Of a stretch of 23,065 nucleotides of DNA, positions 16,632 through 23,065 are shown piece after piece. The position numbers and the translations under genes are program-made. Below the pieces are notes generated by a model. It worked only from the letters and a program-made list of their open reading frames with translations, was not told the DNA's origin and did no database searches. The first letter of the stretch is position 1. Each line of letters begins with the position of its first letter. This DNA comes from Promethearchaeota archaeon (GTDB lineage: Archaea; Asgardarchaeota; Thorarchaeia; Thorarchaeales; Thorarchaeaceae), in assembly GCA_027031765.1 (NCBI GenBank), contig JALVPN010000216.1, forward strand, positions 1 through 23,065. The letters are read 5' to 3'.

Positions 16632-17498
16632 TCAGCTCCTCTGTTCAAGGAGTTCCTGTGCAAGTGCCACCAGCCGCCTGGCACGTTCCTCGGAGACCCC
16701 GGACACCTTCTCTGCAACTGTTTCGGGCTTGGCACGTGCGAGCTTTGCAACGGTAGCGTACCCTGCGTCAGAGAGCTTCTTCTTGAGTGCGGGGCCCACA
16801 CCCGCAATCTCGCTGACATCAATCCTCGGGGCCCTCTTCTTGGTCGTCTTCTTGGCCTGAGCAGGGGGTGCTGATGGCGCCTCTGCCGGAGGAGCACTCT
16901 TCTTGGCGGGACGCGCAGGCCGTGCTGGTGCCTTCCTGGCCCCGGCCTTCGGCGCCCCTCTCTTCTTTTTCTCCTCCTTGGGTTCTTCCTCTTCTTCTCC
17001 TTCAATAGGTTCGACAACGACCTGTGGCCTGCGGTCGCGGCTCCGCTCTTTCCGGGCCCCCAGCTCACGCCTGTGACGGACAATCCTGCTGGGCTTCATG
17101 GCCGTCATGCTCGCGGCTTCCATCAGTGCCGCATCAATCTCGTCCGTTATCACGGGCCGTTCTGGGACGGACGACGCAATCTCTTTGAGGACATCAGAAA
17201 TCATGACGGGGCGGTCGGTCTGGCGTCGCTCCAGCTCAGCCGGGGTCGTGTACGCGACAAACTTGGCCTCCCGGATGTAGGGTACGACAACACCCTCAGA
17301 CTCCTTCTCACGCAGATAGCGCCGTGCCACGCTCAGCCTGATGTTGAACCGCTTGGCGAGGTCATAGTGTGTGACTGAGCGTGCCCGCTTCAGGTACGCG
17401 TCGACCTCCCCTTGGACATCCGGCCTGAGGACTGCGTCACGTACTATTTTCTCTCTTTTCGCCGCAGACTTGCCCCATTTCTTCCGGCTGATTGTCAT
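16632..17498 (-). CDS. rps25e: 30S ribosomal protein eS25 with long K/A/P/E-rich extension and C-terminal helix-hairpin-helix domain, 288 aa
   Basis: RKKWGK motif and winged helix VTHYDLAKRFNIRLSVARRYLREKESEGVV...VAYT match eS25. The last 62 aa (DVSEIAGVGPALKKKLSDAGYATVAKLARA...VSGVSEERARRLVALA) form a tandem HhH. ATG at 17498 has AGGAG upstream. Confidence 0.9.
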   Translation of the reverse strand: MTISRKKWGKSAAKREKIVRDAVLRPDVQGEVDAYLKRARSVTHYDLAKRFNIRLSVARRYLREKESEGVVVPYIREAKFVAYTTPAELERRQTDRPVMISDVLKEIASSVPERPVITDEIDAALMEAASMTAMKPSRIVRHRRELGARKERSRDRRPQVVVEPIEGEEEEEPKEEKKKRGAPKAGARKAPARPARPAKKSAPPAEAPSAPPAQAKKTTKKRAPRIDVSEIAGVGPALKKKLSDAGYATVAKLARAKPETVAEKVSGVSEERARRLVALAQELLEQRS

Positions 17499-17547
17499 TA
17501 CTCTCCTGTAAATGGGTTGGAGTCTTCGAGAATGCACCGGGTTCCGC

Positions 17548-17555
17548 TTTTAAAG
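17548..17555 (-). promoter_or_regulatory. TATA box of rps25e (CTTTAAAA)
   Basis: Near-consensus archaeal TATA box about 50 nt upstream of the ATG. Confidence 0.65.
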
Positions 17556-17660
17556 GTGCTTGTCTGGTGCCGGCCTGTCGTCTGCGTGCTGCCGGCCGGT
17601 CAGGACTAGTTATTTGGCCCCAAAGGGCCCCTGTCCGGTCAGATGACCCCGAGCGTGAGG

Positions 17661-18950
17661 TCAGGAAGAGGCTGTGCCCTTCGGCTCGACGATGAGCTTC
17701 TGACTGGCCCGGACGGAGCTATGAGGTGGGATGTCATGCTCTACAATGCAGCCGGCAGAAATTGTGGAGTCCTCGCCAATCCGGACTCCCGGGAACACCG
17801 AGACATTCACACCAATCACGACGTTGTCACCAATTACTGCACCGAACTTTCGCAGGGGAATCCTCACGCGCTCTTCCCCGTAGTGGATGTAGAACGGGCT
17901 ACCATCGGGCCGCCAGTTCCAGAGCTGGGCACCGGCCTCGATGCAGGTATTGGCACCGACAATGGAGTCTGCAATAAAGGTCATCCGACCGATGTTGACG
18001 TTCTGGAACACCATGCTGTCCCTGACCTCAACAGCGTAGCCTATGTGGACGCCCTCGCTCAGGCTGGTGTACTGACGGATCAGGGAGTTGTTGCCGACAT
18101 AGACGTCCTTGCCGACGTACACAGGGCCACTGAGGGTCACACCAGGGCGGATGACAGCCCCGTCCTCGATGTAGACGGGCCCCTCAAGGACGACGTTCTT
18201 GGACAGTTCCGCCGACTCTGCAATGAACGAGCCACGGCCCCTGAGCAGCCGGTCAAGGATGATGCGGTTGGCGTGCAGGACGTCCCATGGCCATGTGAAC
18301 TCTGCCCATTCCTTCTCCCAGACAGTAGCAGACACTTTCAGGCCCGCAGAGATCGCGGCCTCGACCGCGGCCTCCATCGTCCTGTGCTCCTCAAGCACAT
18401 CCAGCATGGAAGTGTTGAAGACCGACACACCTGCAACGGCATAGTTGCTGACGTAGCGGTCAGGGCCACCCTTTTCCACGAGGCGCTCAACAGTACCATC
18501 AGGTTTCATACGGACGGTCCCGAACTGCTCGGGGTTTGACACCAGTGTAACAAGCATCGTCACATGCGAGTCCATGGTAGCATGGTTGGTGAGGGTGCGT
18601 GCGACCATCTCGGGCTCCACGAGGACATCGCCGTTCACGAGGAGGAACTCCTCTTCCCCCTCGAGCTCCTCGCGGGCTGTCAGGATTGCATGTTCTACAC
18701 CCTTCTGTTCATGCTGGATGACATAACGTATCCGGACACCCATTTCGCCACCGTGTTCAAAGTAGTCCATGATCTCCTCGCGGCCGTGCCCTGCCACGAC
18801 CACTATGTCACGCACGTTGTTCTCACGCAGGCTCTCGATTATGTACTCGAGTACAGGACGACCAGCAATCATGAGCATGGACTTGGAACGGTCTGCAGTG
18901 AGCGGCCGGAGCCGCTTCCCAACACCGGCAGTAAGTACGAGGGCTCTCAT
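17661..18950 (-). CDS. Sugar-1-phosphate nucleotidylyltransferase with left-handed beta-helix domain (archaeal GlmU-like), 429 aa
   Basis: LTAGVGKRLRPLT..SKSML.IAGRP, LVNGD, WPWDVL, hexapeptide repeats, KFGAVIGDNV. The acetyltransferase-site residues appear substituted (see findings). Confidence 0.9.
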   Translation of the reverse strand: MRALVLTAGVGKRLRPLTADRSKSMLMIAGRPVLEYIIESLRENNVRDIVVVAGHGREEIMDYFEHGGEMGVRIRYVIQHEQKGVEHAILTAREELEGEEEFLLVNGDVLVEPEMVARTLTNHATMDSHVTMLVTLVSNPEQFGTVRMKPDGTVERLVEKGGPDRYVSNYAVAGVSVFNTSMLDVLEEHRTMEAAVEAAISAGLKVSATVWEKEWAEFTWPWDVLHANRIILDRLLRGRGSFIAESAELSKNVVLEGPVYIEDGAVIRPGVTLSGPVYVGKDVYVGNNSLIRQYTSLSEGVHIGYAVEVRDSMVFQNVNIGRMTFIADSIVGANTCIEAGAQLWNWRPDGSPFYIHYGEERVRIPLRKFGAVIGDNVVIGVNVSVFPGVRIGEDSTISAGCIVEHDIPPHSSVRASQKLIVEPKGTASS

Positions 18951-19017
18951 CAGGACTCACAGTCAGTGGGGACAGGTTGCTGATAAAGGTGTGTCTAATG
19001 GCGCCCACGCCCCGGGA

Positions 19018-19752
19018 CTAGCGTGGTGGGTCGAGAGTGAAGTAAATCCTCCGCTTGCCAGCACCGACGTTCTTGGTCTTGCCAATCCGTATCGTGCCAA
19101 TCTCGCGCGTGTTGCGCACATGTGTGCCAGCACATGACGCGGCATCGTAGTCCCCGATGAGTACGACACGGAACTCAGACACAGACTTGGGCACCATCTC
19201 AAGGTAACGCGTCTGATACCCCTTCTCTTTGAGGAATGCAATCGCCTCTTCACGGGGCATGAAACGGATCTCCACATCGAGGCCCCGGAGGAGTATCTCG
19301 TTGACGCCCTCCTCGACCGAGCGCTTCATGTCCTCGTCAAAGTGTTCCAGTGGCGAGTAGTCGGCACGGCTGCGGTCGGGCTTAATCATGTTGCCCACGG
19401 TCTCGAGGCCGTAGTTCAGCTGCAGGTACCGGGACAGGACGTGCTGAGCAGTGTGGAACCGCATACAGGGGTAGCGCCACTCCCAGTCAACGGCCCCACG
19501 TACAGATGCGCCGGTCGTGAATGGGACACCACCTTCAATGACATGGACGGCCGTGCCCTTCTCCTTCCGGGTCGTCGTGACCGTCGCTCTGTGTACGCCA
19601 TCTGTCAGGGTGCCACGGTCCCCACTCTGACCACCACCTTCAGGGTAGAATGCGGTCTGGTCGAGGACCACACCGTCATCCCGCACCTCGATGACAGTGG
19701 CATCGAACTCCCGGACATAGTTGTCATGCATGTGGAGCAACCGCGTCGTCAT
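19018..19752 (-). CDS. alaXM: Alanyl-tRNA editing protein AlaX (AlaXp-M type), 244 aa
   Basis: LDQTAFYPEGGGQSGDRG; zinc-binding HTAQH (HxxxH) and CAGTH (CxxxH); AGGAGGT SD-like motif. Confidence 0.95.
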   Translation of the reverse strand: MTTRLLHMHDNYVREFDATVIEVRDDGVVLDQTAFYPEGGGQSGDRGTLTDGVHRATVTTTRKEKGTAVHVIEGGVPFTTGASVRGAVDWEWRYPCMRFHTAQHVLSRYLQLNYGLETVGNMIKPDRSRADYSPLEHFDEDMKRSVEEGVNEILLRGLDVEIRFMPREEAIAFLKEKGYQTRYLEMVPKSVSEFRVVLIGDYDAASCAGTHVRNTREIGTIRIGKTKNVGAGKRRIYFTLDPPR

Positions 19753-19801
19753 GGATAGGACCTCCTAGTGACCGTGTATGACCTGTCCTCCAGTTACCGC
19801 G

Positions 19802-20332
19802 TCACACGGGCATTCCTCTTGTCCTCCGCCACTCCTCAACAGCGAGCTGCTTGGCCCGTTCCAGGTCCTGACCACGGAGTGTGGAGCCCGGCGACTCTGC
19901 AGCGGCCTCGACAATGGCCATGACATCTTCTTCGGTCGCCTCGTCCCGGATCCCCTGTGTTATGGCGTCCACCACATCGTCGGAGAGCCCATGCTGACGG
20001 AGGATCTGTGCCAGTGGTGTCCGTGACACGGGGATGTGACCTGTGGCGGATGCGGGGAGTAGGCCGATGGTCAGGAGCTTGCTTGCAAAGAGGTCTGTGA
20101 CTATCTCCTGTCGTGACCGGACGGACGGGGGCTCAAAGTCCCGGCCACGCTCGATGGCAGACCGTACGTCACGCAGCTCTCGGAGGAGCACGGGCCCGAC
20201 AGTGGTGCGTCCGCGTGTCCTAAGCCCGACAGCGACGACAACAACAAGGGTCACGACGAGCATCAGCACCCACAGCAGGGGTGTCGCAAAGAGGTCGGTA
20301 AAGATGTCAAGGACGACAGGTCTTGTCAACAC
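19802..20332 (-). CDS. Hypothetical protein with single N-terminal transmembrane helix, about 176 aa
   Basis: LLWVLMLVVTLVVVVAVGL followed by basic RTRGR (positive-inside) and a helical soluble domain. GTG start at 20332 or TTG at 20329, with GGGAG upstream. Confidence 0.75.
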   Translation of the reverse strand: MLTRPVVLDIFTDLFATPLLWVLMLVVTLVVVVAVGLRTRGRTTVGPVLLRELRDVRSAIERGRDFEPPSVRSRQEIVTDLFASKLLTIGLLPASATGHIPVSRTPLAQILRQHGLSDDVVDAITQGIRDEATEEDVMAIVEAAAESPGSTLRGQDLERAKQLAVEEWRRTRGMPV

Positions 20333-20380
20333 AGGCCAGCTCCCACTTATGACACTGCTAACGCTGGGGTATGAACAGCA

Positions 20381-20393
20381 ACTTTAAGGTTTC
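20381..20393. promoter_or_regulatory. Shared divergent TATA element between 20332 gene and larB
   Basis: Reads CTTTAAGG on + and GAAA-CCTTAAAG on -. It is the only AT-rich spot in the 118-nt divergent gap. Confidence 0.5.
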
Positions 20394-20450
20394 TTCGCTG
20401 AGGCTGAGAAACGGGCAACACCCATACATGCCCATGCGAGGGTCGTCCGG

Positions 20451-21272
20451 ATGCGGAGACGTGAGATACTGGAGAGACTGGCGAGCGGTGAGATAGACAT
20501 CGAGACGGCAGAAACCCTGCTGGCCGAGACCGCCCTCACGGAGCTCAAGGGGATTGCGGTCGTTGACGTGTCACGTGAGGACAGGTCGGGGGTGCCAGAA
20601 GTCATCATGGCGGGACACAAGAGCACTGACGACCTGATAGAGATCATCAGTGCGATGGTGGGACGCACCGGTGTCGCCCTCGCGACAAGGGTCAACAGGA
20701 CTGCGCTGTCCGCCATCCGCTCGGCCTTTGGGGAGGGTCACCATATTGAGGTGTCTGGACGCAATGACCACAACACCGTGTTGGTCCACACCACCACCTG
20801 GAGACCACCGCTCTGTGACGGTAGAATAGCGGTGATGACAGCGGGCACGTCAGACATCCCGTATGCCAAGGAGGCGGAGGGCATTGCGAAGGTCATGGGA
20901 GTCCAGGTCATCTCGTTCTACGACGTGGGTGTGGCCGGGCTCCACAGACTGATAGGCCCGGTCAGGACAATCAGGCGCGAGGGGGTCGATGCGGTCGTGG
21001 TCTTTGCCGGGATGGAGGGGGCACTGCCCACCCTTGTGGCCTCGCTGGTAGACATCCCGGTGGTGGGAGTGCCAGTGCCGGTCGGGTACGGGTATGGTGG
21101 CCAGGGGGAGATTGCGCTAGGCTCGATGCTCCAGTCCTGTGCACCCGGGCTGGCAGTGGTCAACATTGGGAACGGGCTCGGGGCAGGGGCCTTTGCGTGT
21201 CTCATTGCAAGGCGGTGCAGTGCACGGCGAGGACAGCAGTCAGGCCAGACAGCACCAGTGCGGCATGAGTAG
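20451..21272 (+). CDS. larB: Nickel pincer cofactor biosynthesis protein LarB (AIR carboxylase family), 273 aa
   Basis: D..REDRSGVPEVI...K, AGTSDIP, DVGVAGLHRL, AGMEGALP, VGYG, MLQSCAPG..VVNI.NG.GA. Confidence 0.93.
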   Translation: MRRREILERLASGEIDIETAETLLAETALTELKGIAVVDVSREDRSGVPEVIMAGHKSTDDLIEIISAMVGRTGVALATRVNRTALSAIRSAFGEGHHIEVSGRNDHNTVLVHTTTWRPPLCDGRIAVMTAGTSDIPYAKEAEGIAKVMGVQVISFYDVGVAGLHRLIGPVRTIRREGVDAVVVFAGMEGALPTLVASLVDIPVVGVPVPVGYGYGGQGEIALGSMLQSCAPGLAVVNIGNGLGAGAFACLIARRCSARRGQQSGQTAPVRHE

Positions 21273-21281
21273 CACAACCGA

Positions 21282-22430
21282 CTAGTGGCCCGACTGCACG
21301 CTGGCAGCAATGGCGCGTGCAGCCCTGAGGTAGACGTCAACGGACTGCATGAGCTGTCGGATGCTGATGTACTCGTCTGGCCGGTGCGCCTGTTCAATCG
21401 ACCCCGGCCCACAGATCACGTTCAGTATCCCCCCTTTTGGCTGGAGGACGCTGCAGTCAGTGCCGTAGGGCGCAGCCTGGAGGGGCGGGCACTCACCAGT
21501 GACCGAACGGACGGCCTCCGTGGTCACACGCACAATCTCAGTGTCTGGGGGAGTCTGCACCGCCCGCTTGCCATGTACGTACTCGACACGCACCCGGTCA
21601 GAGAAACCAGCGTCTGCAATGCGCTCACGCATCATCCTGAGGACCGACTCTGCGGACTGACCGGGCACCAGACGCATGTCGATGTATGCCTCGCACTGGT
21701 CTGGTACGACATTTACCTTCACACCGCCTCTGATTAGGCCGATGGACACCGTGGGCAGGCCAAAGCTGGGTACGGGCTCGTAGGGGTACTGTTCCCCAGT
21801 GAGGACACGGAGGGCCTCCATGCACAGTCCGATTGCGTTGACCCCGTCTTCGGGTCGGGACGCGTGAGCAGCCTTGCCGCTGGCAACGACACGCGACCAC
21901 AGCATCCCCTTCTCGCCCAGGAGGACCGCAAGACCCGTGGGCTCCGCACAGATGCCGTAGCGCACCCCTGAGAGCAGGCCGCTGGCAACAACGGCCTCGG
22001 CCCCTGAACACCCGCTCTCTTCGTCAGATGTTGCGAGCATCAGGAGCGGTACCCCGTGGCCCTCAGAAGCATAGATGACCATGGCCTCGGCAAGCGCAGA
22101 CAGCGGGCCCTTCATGTCGCAGGCACCGCGCCCGTACACACGTCCCCCGACGACCTCCCCACTAAATGGGTCGTGTCCCCACTGGTCTGTAGGACCGGCT
22201 GGCACTGTGTCCATGTGCCCGTGGAGTACGAGTGGGCCTGACACCTCGTCGCCCGTTGAGAATATGAGGCTCGGTCGCTCACGGGGCCCGACCGACCAAC
22301 AGGTCATGCCGTAGTCGGCCATGTGTTCCCTGAGGATGTCCGCAACCTCGGCCTCCCTGCCTGGCGGGTTCTCAGAATTAGTGGAGACCAGTGTGCGCAG
22401 CAGGGAAAGCACCCTTGACTCGTCTACCAT
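21282..22430 (-). CDS. M20 family metallopeptidase (ArgE/DapE-like deacylase), about 382 aa
   Basis: SENPPG.E, HGHMDTVP, GRGACDMKG, DEESG, EPT, HASRP..GVNA, GG.KVNVVPD, TD, GPGSIEQAHRPDEY. Start is ATG 22430 or GTG 22439. Confidence 0.93.
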   Translation of the reverse strand: MVDESRVLSLLRTLVSTNSENPPGREAEVADILREHMADYGMTCWSVGPRERPSLIFSTGDEVSGPLVLHGHMDTVPAGPTDQWGHDPFSGEVVGGRVYGRGACDMKGPLSALAEAMVIYASEGHGVPLLMLATSDEESGCSGAEAVVASGLLSGVRYGICAEPTGLAVLLGEKGMLWSRVVASGKAAHASRPEDGVNAIGLCMEALRVLTGEQYPYEPVPSFGLPTVSIGLIRGGVKVNVVPDQCEAYIDMRLVPGQSAESVLRMMRERIADAGFSDRVRVEYVHGKRAVQTPPDTEIVRVTTEAVRSVTGECPPLQAAPYGTDCSVLQPKGGILNVICGPGSIEQAHRPDEYISIRQLMQSVDVYLRAARAIAASVQSGH

Positions 22431-22530
22431 GTATGCCACGACCCGACGGGTCTGGGGCGTCCGGTGTTCTAAAGTGTTGTCACTATGTTGTTAGTCGTCC
22501 AAGCACGCGACACGACCGCTACCGTGCGCA

Positions 22531-22538
22531 CTTATTAG
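22531..22538 (+). promoter_or_regulatory. TATA-like box (CTTATTAG) of putative C/D sRNA
   Basis: Ends 22-23 nt before the first base of the terminal stem (22561), the expected archaeal spacing. No plus-strand CDS follows. Confidence 0.5.
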
Positions 22539-22560
22539 GACTGCAGCACCACTCACTCAT

Positions 22561-22629
22561 GCAGACCGATGAGGCAGTTACCCCTGACTGAGCACTGCGA
22601 TGACGAGCCAAGAGCAGGCTGAGGTCTGC
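22561..22629 (+). ncRNA. Candidate box C/D 2'-O-methylation guide sRNA
   Basis: Terminal stem GCAGACC (22561-67) / GGTCTGC (22623-29). Box C-like CCGATGA (22566-72). Box D' CTGA (22584-87, or 22588-91). Box C' GCGATGA (22597-603). Box D CTGA (22619-22). Guides are 11 or 15 nt and 15 nt. Intergenic, with a TATA box upstream. Confidence 0.65.
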
Positions 22630-22737
22630 CATGGGCGGCGCCACCACTGGTGTTAGGGGCTGGCGGTGGCACCCACCATCAACTGGACTCCGAGACAACA
22701 CCGGCCCCTCAGCCCACCCGGACAGGGCCGGGGCAAT

Positions 22738-22766
22738 AGAAAAAGGGGGGCCATCCCTTCAAGGCC
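22738..22766 (-). terminator. Putative terminator of 22779-22967 gene
   Basis: On the minus strand a GGGCC..GGCCC hairpin is followed by CCTTTTTCT, 12 nt after the stop codon. Confidence 0.45.
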
Positions 22767-22778
22767 CTAGAGGACAGC

Positions 22779-22967
22779 TCAAGCACGGGCATCCCGACTG
22801 TCCGACCCCTCGTCAACGAGGACTATGCCGTTCTTGTTCAGTGTGGCCTTGAAGGAATGGCCGGACTCTAGTTCGACACGCACCTCGCCCCCCGCCAAGA
22901 AGTCCTTGACTCGTTCCTTGAGGTCCGTACAATGGATATCGTCCAAATCCAGGACACGATTGCTCAT
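22779..22967 (-). CDS. Small hypothetical protein, 62 aa
   Basis: MSNRVLDLDDIHCTDLKERVKDFLAGGEVRVELESGHSFKATLNKNGIVLVDEG reads as a folded alpha/beta protein. GAGGT lies upstream, a possible TATA box is at 23057-23064, and a terminator-like signal lies downstream. Confidence 0.6.
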   Translation of the reverse strand: MSNRVLDLDDIHCTDLKERVKDFLAGGEVRVELESGHSFKATLNKNGIVLVDEGSDSRDARA

Positions 22968-23056
22968 CTTGGTCTCGACCTCTTGTCGGATGGGGGAGGT
23001 GGCGCGGCGACTGAAAGGAGTGCACAAGACAGATGTTCTTATCTGTTGTCGTGGCG

Positions 23057-23064
23057 TTTATATA
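23057..23064. promoter_or_regulatory. TATA box (TTTATATA / TATATAAA) at window edge
   Basis: Consensus-like in both orientations. It could serve the 62-aa gene or a plus-strand gene beyond the window. Confidence 0.45.
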
Positions 23065-23065
23065 C

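Noticed and set aside
16866-16884. PSAP late-domain motif in the eS25 linker
   Set aside because: Expected by chance in an A/P/S-rich low-complexity linker, with no supporting context.
808-22314. Many long antisense or alternate-frame ORFs in the track (e.g. 808-1428, 3759-4433, 10404-11363, 14276-14968, 17643-18539)
   Set aside because: They are shadows of real genes on the opposite strand in GC-rich DNA, with no motifs or start signals.
5110-22430. Hydantoinase A/B plus M20 amidohydrolase as a hydantoin-to-amino-acid pathway
   Set aside because: The genes are about 12.5 kb apart on opposite strands with unrelated genes between, and both families have broad substrate ranges.
5071-22478. 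Recurrent AAAGTGTT at 5071, 13374 and 22471
   Set aside because: Best explained as ordinary BRE/TATA-flank sequence. The third copy is in the opposite orientation to its gene, and three copies are too few to call a regulon.
1-23065. CRISPR arrays, transposases, integrases, tRNA/rRNA, defence systems
   Set aside because: No regularly spaced repeats, terminal inverted repeats, recombinase or nuclease motifs, or cloverleaf/T-loop signatures were found by eye.

Overview
Archaeal genomic window, roughly 60% GC by eye, with no CRISPR array, mobile element, tRNA or rRNA detected. Longin-domain proteins, a longin-fused Arf-like GTPase, eS25, an HMf-type histone and a giant DUF2341/LamG surface protein together point to an Asgard archaeon, most likely Thorarchaeia (inference). 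The housekeeping and metabolic genes are thiI, a hydantoinase/oxoprolinase A+B pair, gltX, a YdjM-like membrane hydrolase, a GlmU-like protein, alaX, larB and an M20 peptidase. The most interesting items are as follows. (1) A translationally coupled pair, longin-wHTH-wHTH protein plus longin-Arf-like GTPase, that resembles a minimal longin-heterodimer GAP/GTPase module. (2) An unannotated 69-nt intergenic element at 22561-22629 with complete box C/D guide-RNA architecture and its own TATA box. (3) Ribosomal protein eS25 extended by a K/A/P-rich linker and a C-terminal HhH domain. (4) A 100-aa protein with 8 Cys, a KKKRKRR patch and an acidic tail ending in DLDWD. (5) A coiled-coil/polyproline/SHOCT- or steadiness-box-like protein. 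(6) A GlmU paralogue whose acetyltransferase residues are substituted. All domain calls come from motif recognition by eye, not from database searches.
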